DNA of 64,000 nucleotides from Lachnospirales bacterium (GTDB lineage Bacteria; Bacillota; Clostridia; Lachnospirales; CAMZNU01), in assembly GCA_047974375.1 (NCBI GenBank), contig JBKECF010000052.1, positions 61,694 to 125,693 on the forward strand, in the 5' to 3' direction. The first letter of the stretch is position 1; each line of letters opens with the position of its first letter. The translations under genes and the position numbers were made by a program. Below, one piece after another: positions 20,855-29,011 of the stretch. The notes below the pieces were generated by a model. The model had not been told where the DNA came from. It saw nothing but the letters and a program-made list of their open reading frames with translations, and made no database searches.

Positions 20855-20913
20855 AAAACTAAACCCACTGCTGAAACCGTTGAATTTAGGTTTTAGTGGT
20901 GGGTTTAGTTTTT
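20855..20913 (+). terminator. Rho-independent terminator of asrABC
   Basis: aaaactaaacccac...gtgggtttagtttt long hairpin followed by a T-run. Confidence 0.85.
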
Positions 20914-21163
20914 ATTTTTATTATTTGCGAGGTTGTTGGTGAGTATAATTCAATGTAGTTGTAAAATTGATGGTTAAATTATTATATGGTATATATATAA
21001 TATCAAAAAAAAACAAACTATAAGAATATATATTTAATTTTAACATAAATAATAAAATTTATATGCCTGTTTATAATTTTATTTGAAAAAATATGTAGTG
21101 CTCATAAAGTAACAAGATAATATTAAAGAATGAGGTGATAATTATTAGTTTTTTAAAAGTAAA

Positions 21164-21275
21164 GTTAATCGGTAAGAATTAGACCCACATCTCAATGCTA
21201 GCATAGGTGCCGGGACTGTCTAATTCGCCGCTCAGTTGGGGTACAAGCCCCACTGATGGATAAGTCTATTGACTT
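21164..21275 (+). repeat. Copy A of an unclassified ~110-nt GC-rich hairpin-forming element, in the leader of the BMP ABC operon
   Basis: Shares gttaatcggtaagaattagaccc, ggtacaagcccca and tctattgactt with the reverse complement of 51771-51880. Internal stems are gaattagac/gtctaattc and cagt-gggg/cccc-actg. Confidence 0.75.
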
Positions 21276-21386
21276 GCAGTAATGAAATAAATTTCTTGGG
21301 AATAGCGGTGGACGGTGGAATTACCGGCATATAGAACACAAAAATAAAAAATTAAGAAAGTAATATGAATAAGAAAGGAACTAAAA

Positions 21387-22466
21387 ATGAAAAAATTGTA
21401 TGGAGCTATAATAATAGCAATGTTGAGTTTTACATTAGTATCTTGCGGAGGAAAAAGTGAAGCAGCAGAAAACACAGAGGAAAAAGGAACTTTGAAAGCT
21501 GCATTGCTTATAGAAAATTTAGGAGATATGTCCTTTAATGACAGCGCAAACAAAGGTATGGAAATGGCGTCTAAAGACTTCGGTTTTGACTTAAAAGTTA
21601 TTGAGTATCAAAGTGTTGATAAGGCTGAATCTACTTTTATTGATACAGCTGATTCAGATTATGATGTAATTATTGTTAATCCATCTTTTACGACGGTATT
21701 AGAAAAATACGCAGAAGGCTATGTAGATAAAAAATTTATTTTATTTGATGACTCTGTAGATTATGAAGTTGGTGACATGAGTAATGTGTATAGCATAATA
21801 TATAGTGCAAATGAGTCTTCTTTTTTAGTAGGTTATCTTGGGGCTAGAATGTCTGATAGTGGAATATTAGCATTTTTAGGTGGTGTAGAGAATCCAATTA
21901 TAAACGACTTTTTAGTAGGATTTATAGGAGGTGCGATAGAAGCAAACCCAGATGTAAAAGTAACAAGTACATATGTTGGTGACTGGCAAGATTCGGCAAA
22001 GGGCAAAGATTTAACATTGTCAATGTTTAATCAAGGGGCAGACATTGGATTTGCAGCGGCTGGTCAAGCTGGCATAGGCTTAATTGAAGCGGCAGTCGAT
22101 GAAGGTAAATATGTTTTTGGTGTAGATTTAGATCAGTATGAATTATTTAAAAGTCAGGAAAATGAGGAGATGGCAAATGTAATTGTTTCTTCTGCAATGA
22201 AAAATGTGGATAAGTCTTTATATCGTGCTATGGAATTATATTTTGAAAATGGGTTGGAATTTGGAAAAGCTGAAATATTAGGCATTAAAGAAGACGGTGT
22301 AGGTCTTGCTGATAACCAATACTATAATGATATTGTTCCAGAAGATATAAGAAATGACGTGAAAGTCTTGGAAGAAAAAATAATCAATGGAGATATTACC
22401 ATAAATTCAGCATATGGTAAAACTGCTGAAGAAGTTGCTGAAATTAAAAACGCAGTAAAACCTTAA
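21387..22466 (+). CDS. BMP-family (Med/PnrA-like) ABC substrate-binding lipoprotein, nucleoside-type
   Basis: Lipobox LVSC|GG. Overall BMP/PnrA pattern (GDMSFND, FLGGVENPIINDF, GVDLDQ). Confidence 0.85.
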   Translation: MKKLYGAIIIAMLSFTLVSCGGKSEAAENTEEKGTLKAALLIENLGDMSFNDSANKGMEMASKDFGFDLKVIEYQSVDKAESTFIDTADSDYDVIIVNPSFTTVLEKYAEGYVDKKFILFDDSVDYEVGDMSNVYSIIYSANESSFLVGYLGARMSDSGILAFLGGVENPIINDFLVGFIGGAIEANPDVKVTSTYVGDWQDSAKGKDLTLSMFNQGADIGFAAAGQAGIGLIEAAVDEGKYVFGVDLDQYELFKSQENEEMANVIVSSAMKNVDKSLYRAMELYFENGLEFGKAEILGIKEDGVGLADNQYYNDIVPEDIRNDVKVLEEKIINGDITINSAYGKTAEEVAEIKNAVKP

Positions 22467-22482
22467 AACGAGAAGGAAAAAT

Positions 22483-24048
22483 ATGAAACAAAAAACAATA
22501 TTAAACATGCTAGGAATTACAAAGGTGTATTCTAATGGTGTTGTAGCAAACAAAGGTGTAAATTTTTCAGCATATGAAGGTGAAATTCATGCTTTAATGG
22601 GTGAGAATGGTGCGGGAAAGTCAACTTTAATGAAAATACTATTCGGACAAGAAACTTTAGATGAAGGTGAAATTTTTTTGGATAATAAGCCTATAGCGAT
22701 CAATTCTTCTTTAGTTGCTATTGAACATAAAATTGGGATGGTTTTTCAACATTTTATGCTAGTGGAAAATTTAACCGTTATGGAAAATATTATGTTAGGC
22801 ATGGAACCAAAAAAAGGTATATTCTTTGATAAAGGTAAAGGAATAAAAAAGGTTGAGGATATTTCTGAAAAGTATAATTTTAATATTAATCCTAATGAAT
22901 ATATTTCAAACATGAATGTAAGTCAAAAACAAAAAGTAGAAATTCTAAAAGTTTTAATTCGTGGTGCGAAAATATTAATATTAGATGAACCGACAGCAGT
23001 GCTTACACCTCAAGAAACGGATGAACTATTCGAACAACTATTGATGTTAAAGAATGAAGGGCACACCATAATTTTTATATCTCATAAATTAAAGGAAATA
23101 AAAGCGATATGTGAAAGAATTACAATAATGAGGAATGGGCGCTCTATTGGTACGTACTTATTGGATGGTATGTCTATAGATGATATTTCAAGGTTTATGG
23201 TAGGTAGAGATATTGTTACTAAGGTTGAGAAAACAAAGGCATATCCTAAAGAGGTTGCTTTGGAGGCAGAAGATGTTGTAGTTGTGAATGAAGAAGGTAA
23301 AGTAGTTGTTAACCATGTTAGCATAAAAGTGCGTAGCGGAGAAATTGTAGGCATTGCAGCTATAGAGGGCAACGGGCAACGAGAATTTATTGACTATATT
23401 ACAGGTCTTGGTGGTGGAATATCTGGAATTATAAAAATAAATAATAAACAATGTAGTGGCAAAAATCCACCACTTTTACGTCGTGAAAAAGGAATGGTTC
23501 ATATTCCTGAAGATAGGCTTACTTATGGAATAGCAAAGACTATGAGTATTAAAGATAATTTTATTTCCAATAGATTTTTCCATAGTGAGTATCAAAGGGG
23601 AATAGCTTTGGATTTAAAAAAAATCGACAAATTAGCTGATGAACTTGTTGAAGACTATTTAGTTAAAACAGATAGCACTAACACCCCTGTTAGTATGCTA
23701 TCTGGTGGAAATATGCAAAAGGTAGTTGTAGCACGAGAAATGAGCACTAAAGGTATACGTGTAATTATAGCAGATCAACCAACTAGAGGAATTGATATTG
23801 GCGCTGCTACCTTTATACGAGATAAATTAATAAAACTACGAGATAATGGCATTGGGATCCTTTTGTCCAGTGCTGATATGAATGAAGTTATTGAATTATC
23901 AGATAAGCTAATTGTATTTTATGAGGGTTCTATTACTGGAGCATTTAATGACTTAGAGAATTTTGATGAAAAGATATTAGGTTTATATATGTTAGGCTTG
24001 AAACAGATGAAAAAAGAAGATATTGAAAAGGTTATAAGTGGTGAGTAA
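22483..24048 (+). CDS. ABC transporter ATP-binding protein (duplicated ATPase, sugar/nucleoside type)
   Basis: Walker A GENGAGKST, signature-like VSQKQKVEIL and LSGGNMQK, Walker B ILILDEPT and IIADQPT. Confidence 0.9.
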   Translation: MKQKTILNMLGITKVYSNGVVANKGVNFSAYEGEIHALMGENGAGKSTLMKILFGQETLDEGEIFLDNKPIAINSSLVAIEHKIGMVFQHFMLVENLTVMENIMLGMEPKKGIFFDKGKGIKKVEDISEKYNFNINPNEYISNMNVSQKQKVEILKVLIRGAKILILDEPTAVLTPQETDELFEQLLMLKNEGHTIIFISHKLKEIKAICERITIMRNGRSIGTYLLDGMSIDDISRFMVGRDIVTKVEKTKAYPKEVALEAEDVVVVNEEGKVVVNHVSIKVRSGEIVGIAAIEGNGQREFIDYITGLGGGISGIIKINNKQCSGKNPPLLRREKGMVHIPEDRLTYGIAKTMSIKDNFISNRFFHSEYQRGIALDLKKIDKLADELVEDYLVKTDSTNTPVSMLSGGNMQKVVVAREMSTKGIRVIIADQPTRGIDIGAATFIRDKLIKLRDNGIGILLSSADMNEVIELSDKLIVFYEGSITGAFNDLENFDEKILGLYMLGLKQMKKEDIEKVISGE

Positions 24049-25173
24049 ATGGGGGAAAAAATAAAAGAAAAAAATATGGCAGAGTTGGAACTACGTTTTA
24101 TAATTTTACGTTCTGTTATAGCAATTTTAATCGCATTGTCTATTGTGTTAGTGGTTATAGCTCTTGTAAGCTTTCAATTAGATGATGTAAACCCTGTGGA
24201 AGCTGTTACTAGTTTTTTATTTGGTCCAATTTCAAGAGGTAAAAGGTTTGCTAATGTTATTGAAGAGATGATTCCTTTAACATTTGTAGGCATTGGTCTA
24301 ACAATAGTATTTCGTACGAAACGCTTTAATTTAGCTGCAGAAGGTGCGTTTTATATGGGTGGAATGGTATCGGCAATGGTAGCTTTAAATTCACCATTTT
24401 CTATACCATTAACTATTATTATAGCACTTTTTGCAGGCTTTATAGCTGGTGGGTTAATAGGATATATTCCAGCAAAGTTACAAGCAATTTTTGCTGCAGA
24501 TGAATTAGTTAGTTCATTAATGTTAAATTATGTTATTGCATATTTAGTTAATTATTTGTTAAATTTTGTAATTAGGGACTCGACAAAATCAACAACTCAA
24601 TCTTTTGCTTGGGCAAGTCACGCTTTATTAGGAAAAATAATTCCTAAAACTCGCATCCATTATGGTCTATTGATTATGATAGCATTAGTTATAATAACTT
24701 GGTTTATTATTTATTGTACTAAATGGGGATACGCCCTTAGAGTTACAGGAGAAAACGAAAAATTTTCAAAATATAATGGAATTAAAACAGGGTACATAAT
24801 TATTATGGCACAGGTGATTGGTACAGCAATTGCAGGTTTAGGTGGAGCTGTGCAGATAATGGGAAAAGAAACTACTTTTTCCTGGACATCATCTCCAGGA
24901 TATGGATTTGATGGTGTTATTATTACAACTTTAGCCAATGGCAATCCATTATTTATTCCTATAGCTAGTTTTTTCCTAGCTTATATACGTGTAGGGGCAG
25001 ATGTAATGAACTTAATAACCAATATACCACCTGAAGTTATTTCGATAGCACAGGCGGTTATTATTATGCTAATTGCAGCACAACATTTTTTGGCAAAAAT
25101 AAAACATAAAGTGCTTGTTGAAAAGTCTTTAAAGATGGAAAAAAATATTGTGTTAGAAAGAGGAGGCCAGTAG
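24049..25173 (+). CDS. ABC transporter permease
   Basis: Polytopic membrane protein directly following the ATPase. Typical branched-chain/nucleoside permease pattern (NLAAEGAFYMGG). Confidence 0.85.
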   Translation: MGEKIKEKNMAELELRFIILRSVIAILIALSIVLVVIALVSFQLDDVNPVEAVTSFLFGPISRGKRFANVIEEMIPLTFVGIGLTIVFRTKRFNLAAEGAFYMGGMVSAMVALNSPFSIPLTIIIALFAGFIAGGLIGYIPAKLQAIFAADELVSSLMLNYVIAYLVNYLLNFVIRDSTKSTTQSFAWASHALLGKIIPKTRIHYGLLIMIALVIITWFIIYCTKWGYALRVTGENEKFSKYNGIKTGYIIIMAQVIGTAIAGLGGAVQIMGKETTFSWTSSPGYGFDGVIITTLANGNPLFIPIASFFLAYIRVGADVMNLITNIPPEVISIAQAVIIMLIAAQHFLAKIKHKVLVEKSLKMEKNIVLERGGQ

Positions 25174-25174
25174 C

Positions 25175-26104
25175 ATGTTGGAAATAATACTTAATACGGA
25201 ATTTTTAGCTAGTGTTTTACGTATGACTGCGCCTATTTTATTTGCGGCTTTAGCTTCATTAATTGCTCAACAGTCAGGAATTACAAATATGGCAGTAGAG
25301 GGTGTAATGTTATTTGCCGCGTTAATGGCTGCCATTGGAACGGGTGTTGGTGGGAATGCGTTTATAGGGGTGTTTTGCGGAATAGGTATGGGAATAGCAA
25401 TTTCTTTATTACTAGCTTATTTTAAAATGAGAATGAGAGCAGATGAAATTCTAATAGCTATTGCAATAAATATGTTGGCAAGTGGTGCAACGTTATTTAT
25501 ATTATTTATTGTAACGGGAGATCGTTCTACATCAGCAAAATTAGGGATGAATTCATTGCCATCTATTTCAATTCCTTTGGTTGAGCGTATACCTATTATT
25601 GGCAATATTATATCAGGGCAAAATTTATTAGTTTATGTATCTTTTTTTGCAGTAGTGTTTATTTATATCTTATTATATAAAACACCTCTTGGACTTCGCA
25701 TACGTGCTGTAGGTAGTAATCCGGACGCAGCAGTATCTACAGGGGTTTCTGTTGAGGGAACACGTTACATAGCTTTAACAATTAGTGGCATATTGGCAGG
25801 TCTTGGTGGAAGTTATATGTCTTTGGGTTATATGAAAGTTTTTACAAAAAACATGGTTGCTGGTCGTGGGTTTATTGGACTTGCGGCGGCAAGTGTAGGT
25901 AATATGAATCCAGTTGGAAGTATGTTAGCATCTTTTCTATTTGGAACTTGCTCAGCAGTAGCAGATATTTTGCAATCAACGGGTATTCCAGTTGAGTTTA
26001 TAAACATGACTCCATATATTGTAACAATAGCATCATATTCTTTGTTTACATACCGTATTAGATATGGTAAAAATAATAATAAAAAACTGGTAAGGAGTTT
26101 ATAA
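25175..26104 (+). CDS. ABC transporter permease
   Basis: Second permease of the operon (NMAVEGVMLFAAL...). Confidence 0.85.
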   Translation: MLEIILNTEFLASVLRMTAPILFAALASLIAQQSGITNMAVEGVMLFAALMAAIGTGVGGNAFIGVFCGIGMGIAISLLLAYFKMRMRADEILIAIAINMLASGATLFILFIVTGDRSTSAKLGMNSLPSISIPLVERIPIIGNIISGQNLLVYVSFFAVVFIYILLYKTPLGLRIRAVGSNPDAAVSTGVSVEGTRYIALTISGILAGLGGSYMSLGYMKVFTKNMVAGRGFIGLAAASVGNMNPVGSMLASFLFGTCSAVADILQSTGIPVEFINMTPYIVTIASYSLFTYRIRYGKNNNKKLVRSL

Positions 26105-26115
26105 AGGAAAATATA

Positions 26116-26294
26116 ATGAGAAAATATTAATAGTTGATTGTGATCCTGGGATAGATGATGCCTTTGCGTTATTTTATGTAATGGCAGATAATAGGTTGGG
26201 AGAAAGAGAAAAAATCAATAGTAAAGTTTTATTACAACTTAACCATAAGGTTTTTATTGAGAAACTTTTTAAAAATTTAAGTTGTTATAAGTAG
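26116..26294 (+). pseudogene. Remnant of an inosine-uridine-preferring nucleoside hydrolase gene
   Basis: Frame 26118 reads EKILIVDCDPGIDDAFALFYVMADN (the IUNH N-terminal DxDxxxDD signature), then about 30 further residues and a stop. The ATG at 26116 is out of frame by one nt. Only ~59 codons are left of a normally ~300-aa enzyme. Confidence 0.75.
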
Positions 26295-26321
26295 AAAATT
26301 ATAAAATTCAATAAGATTAAT

Positions 26322-26928
26322 CACCTTAAAATAGTATTTAAATAATTATTTATTATTTCAGTTCCTATCACTTTAGTTTTAAATTTTTTATTAGCTAGTG
26401 TATTTACAGGTATAATCCCTGGTAAAATTCCACAGGAAATTTTAGGCGTAAAAAGGTGATTGTTTTTTACAAAAATATATCTGAAGTCGTGCCTTCACAG
26501 ATTTCATTTTCGAAATTTAGAAATATTAATTCACCAAGATTTTTTTGGTTGCAAGCTGTTTTTCCATAATACATTCTCCATAATTCAAAGTTCTATGAAA
26601 AACAAATGGCGAAGTATTATTTCTTTTTATCGTACTAAAATCAGTTTTGAAACCTATGAGATATTCATCCGTAGAGTAGGGAATAGTTCTGGTTTTAGTT
26701 ATTGTGTTTTTTTAGAAACCATTATCCTTAGTGCGTAGTATTCCGCTTTTTCATCAACTAGCGACTCGAAAATTTCTTTTCGAGTTATAATTTTGTTGAT
26801 TTTTAAAAAACTAAGGGTTTTATTTAACCTTTGTATATGTTCTTCGATAAATATAACTTTATTTTCATATATTGCCATAGTTTCAGAAGCACCTATTCCA
26901 AATTGGAGATCATCGTCAAATTGTACAT
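26322..26928 (-). pseudogene. Class IV aminotransferase / aminodeoxychorismate-lyase-like pseudogene (several frameshifts and stops)
   Basis: The minus strand reads ..FGIGASETMAIYENKVIFIEEHIQRLNKTL.. then, in other frames, ..LGELIFLNFENEICEGTTSDIFFVKNNHLFTPKISCGILPGIIP.. This is the typical fold-type IV pattern split over at least 3 frames. Confidence 0.7.
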
Positions 26929-26967
26929 AACCCTCCCTTAACTTATAAATAACCTATTCTTAAATTT

Positions 26968-26981
26968 TAATTCTTACCGAT
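26968..26981 (-). repeat. Copy C: 14-nt exact fragment (atcggtaagaatta) of the 5' end of the 21164/51880 element
   Basis: taattcttaccgat on the + strand is the reverse complement of 21168-21181. It lies ~40 nt upstream of the pseudogene start at 26928 and contains a TAAGAAT -10-like box 18 nt after TTTACA. Confidence 0.6.
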
Positions 26982-27078
26982 AAATTAAAAATATTGTAAA
27001 TGATTTTTATAAATGTTATTATACACACTAGCGAAGTTATGTGACTTCTTTTTACCGCATTGGTAGACAAATTTATAG

Positions 27079-28500
27079 ATGGGATTGATATTTTTGAAAA
27101 ACTTTACAACACTTACAAAATTTATAGAAGGTATTATATATTTAGTTATATTTAACTTTAGTTATTTGTTTATTTTATACTTCAACTATGGTGGGAAGTA
27201 TAGTATTGAAAATGAGGATGCTGTAATTAATTCTGTAGTAGCTTTAAGTATGGCTTGCATAGTTATTTTGGTTTTAAATAATGTTTTTTCAACTGCAAGG
27301 AAAAGTAAGGAAGAAAATATTATTATTATGTTTATGTGTGCTACTTTTAATATGATTGCAACTATGATGATTGCTTTTTTACTAAGAGGATTTGCTTTTC
27401 CCCGTTCAATAATATTTATGGGTTATATTATACAAATTATATTATTTATTGCAGTCAAATTAATGGTTATACAAGTAATTTCATTTTTAAAAAGAGATAA
27501 GATTTCACTGCTTATTTGTGAGAGTGACGATAAGCAGGAAATAATGCAAAAAATTCTTAACCAAAATAATAATCATGATTTTATTAAATTTTTCTCCTCG
27601 CCAGATAATTGTAGTGTTAGAAAATTGATTAAGTCGGTAGATAAAATATATATAAGCGATAAGATAAATAGGGAACTAGTGGATCAATTGGTAAATTACG
27701 CAATAACTAAAAATGCTCAAGTATGTATAATACCGAAAACCTATGAAATTGTAATAAAAAATGCAAAATTACAATTTGCTGAGGATTTGCCATTTTTTAA
27801 AATAAATGAAATGGAGTTAAGCAGTGAGAATAGGATAATAAAGAGAACTTTCGATATTTGTGCTAGTTTTTTAGGATTGGTTATACTTTCTCCGGTGATG
27901 TTAGTAGTTTGTCTAATTATATTAATTATGGAAGGTAGACCTATTATTTTTAAGCAAAAAAGAGTTACACATAGAAATAGGATTTTTACCTTATATAAGT
28001 TCAGAACTATGGTAAAAGATGCAGAAAAAAATACAGGCGCTATTTGGGCAAAAAAAAATGATAATAGAATAACACCTTTGGGTATTACATTAAGAAGGTT
28101 TTGGTTAGATGAGTTACCTCAATTAGTAAATGTATTAAAAGGCGATATGTCCATGGTTGGACCAAGACCTGAAAGACCAGAGCTTATAAATAAATTTACA
28201 AAAGATATACCAGATTTTGCTTATAGAGTTTCAGTAAAGGCAGGTGTAACAGGCTATGCACAGGTTATGGGACGCTATGCTACAACTCCGGATAAAAAGT
28301 TGAAATTTGATTTAATATATATTCAAAACCAAAGTTTTTGGTTTGACTTAACAATTATATTGGAAACAGTTAAAAAGGTTATTTTGGGAACTTTAAAAAG
28401 AAGTGAGAAAAGTGAATTAACTTATGAAGAAATTTTAATACGTGATAGTTTAGAGGAAATAAAAAATAAAAACTATAGCACTTATAAAAAAGTTAAATAG
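27079..28500 (+). CDS. Undecaprenyl-phosphate sugar phosphotransferase (bacterial sugar transferase, WbaP/EpsL-like)
   Basis: N-terminal TM helices. The C-terminal catalytic domain has KRTFD, FKQKRV, KFRTM, DELPQLVNVLKGDMSMVGPRPERPE. Confidence 0.88.
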   Translation: MGLIFLKNFTTLTKFIEGIIYLVIFNFSYLFILYFNYGGKYSIENEDAVINSVVALSMACIVILVLNNVFSTARKSKEENIIIMFMCATFNMIATMMIAFLLRGFAFPRSIIFMGYIIQIILFIAVKLMVIQVISFLKRDKISLLICESDDKQEIMQKILNQNNNHDFIKFFSSPDNCSVRKLIKSVDKIYISDKINRELVDQLVNYAITKNAQVCIIPKTYEIVIKNAKLQFAEDLPFFKINEMELSSENRIIKRTFDICASFLGLVILSPVMLVVCLIILIMEGRPIIFKQKRVTHRNRIFTLYKFRTMVKDAEKNTGAIWAKKNDNRITPLGITLRRFWLDELPQLVNVLKGDMSMVGPRPERPELINKFTKDIPDFAYRVSVKAGVTGYAQVMGRYATTPDKKLKFDLIYIQNQSFWFDLTIILETVKKVILGTLKRSEKSELTYEEILIRDSLEEIKNKNYSTYKKVK

Positions 28501-28507
28501 TAGCAAT

Positions 28508-28560
28508 AAAAAGAGCTGGTATTTAATGAATTATTATCATTAAACGTCAGCTCTTTTTTT
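28508..28560. terminator. Bidirectional terminator
   Basis: aaaaagagctg...cagctcttttttt between convergent genes. Confidence 0.8.
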
Positions 28561-28578
28561 AAAAGACAAATACTTTTT

Positions 28579-28914
28579 TTACCATTTACCTTTGCTAAGA
28601 TGACCAGCTATTTCTGACTTAGCTAATTGTTTTATCTGCCAAGTTCTTTTTTTAGTTTCTTCAAAAACTCTTACACAAGTAGGGTCTAGTTTTATTTCAA
28701 GCCCTTCTAAAGCTAATTTATCCATTTTCATAGATAATTCAATTAATTCTGCCAAAATATCATTAGTTCTGTCAGACATATAGATTAACTTAGATGCGTT
28801 TTCATCTAACTCAACAAATTTATCTGGCGTTGCCTTGCATTTAATGCAATTGCACTCTGGCTGACCTTCATTTTCCATTACATAACCGCAGACTGAACAT
28901 TTATAAAGTTTCAT
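28579..28914 (-). CDS. Small protein with N-terminal rubredoxin-like zinc ribbon
   Basis: YKCSVCGY...CIKC (CxxC...CxxC) followed by a helical ~70-aa domain. I cannot name the family. Confidence 0.55.
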   Translation of the reverse strand: MKLYKCSVCGYVMENEGQPECNCIKCKATPDKFVELDENASKLIYMSDRTNDILAELIELSMKMDKLALEGLEIKLDPTCVRVFEETKKRTWQIKQLAKSEIAGHLSKGKW

Positions 28915-29011
28915 ACTTTCCTCCTTATATTGCTACACTCTCCAACTCTTTTGAAGATAAACTCATTATACTATCATTGAATGAAATAAACAAGATAATA
29001 ATGAATAATAT

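Noticed and set aside
20926-20950. Possible promoter ttgcga-N13-tataat that would give a ~430-nt leader for the BMP operon.
   Set aside because: The spacer is too short for a canonical sigma-A promoter. I leave it unannotated pending TSS data.
21230-21270. Hammerhead-like CUGAUG and TPP-riboswitch-like cugauggauaa strings in element copy A.
   Set aside because: The string is not conserved in copy B (ccgaacggata). The remaining core elements (GAAA/uridine turn for hammerhead; CUGAGA and the pyrimidine-sensor helix for TPP) are absent.
26460-26738. 92-aa + strand ORF in the decayed region.
   Set aside because: It is antisense to the class IV aminotransferase pseudogene, whose conserved motifs read on the minus strand. 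It has no RBS.
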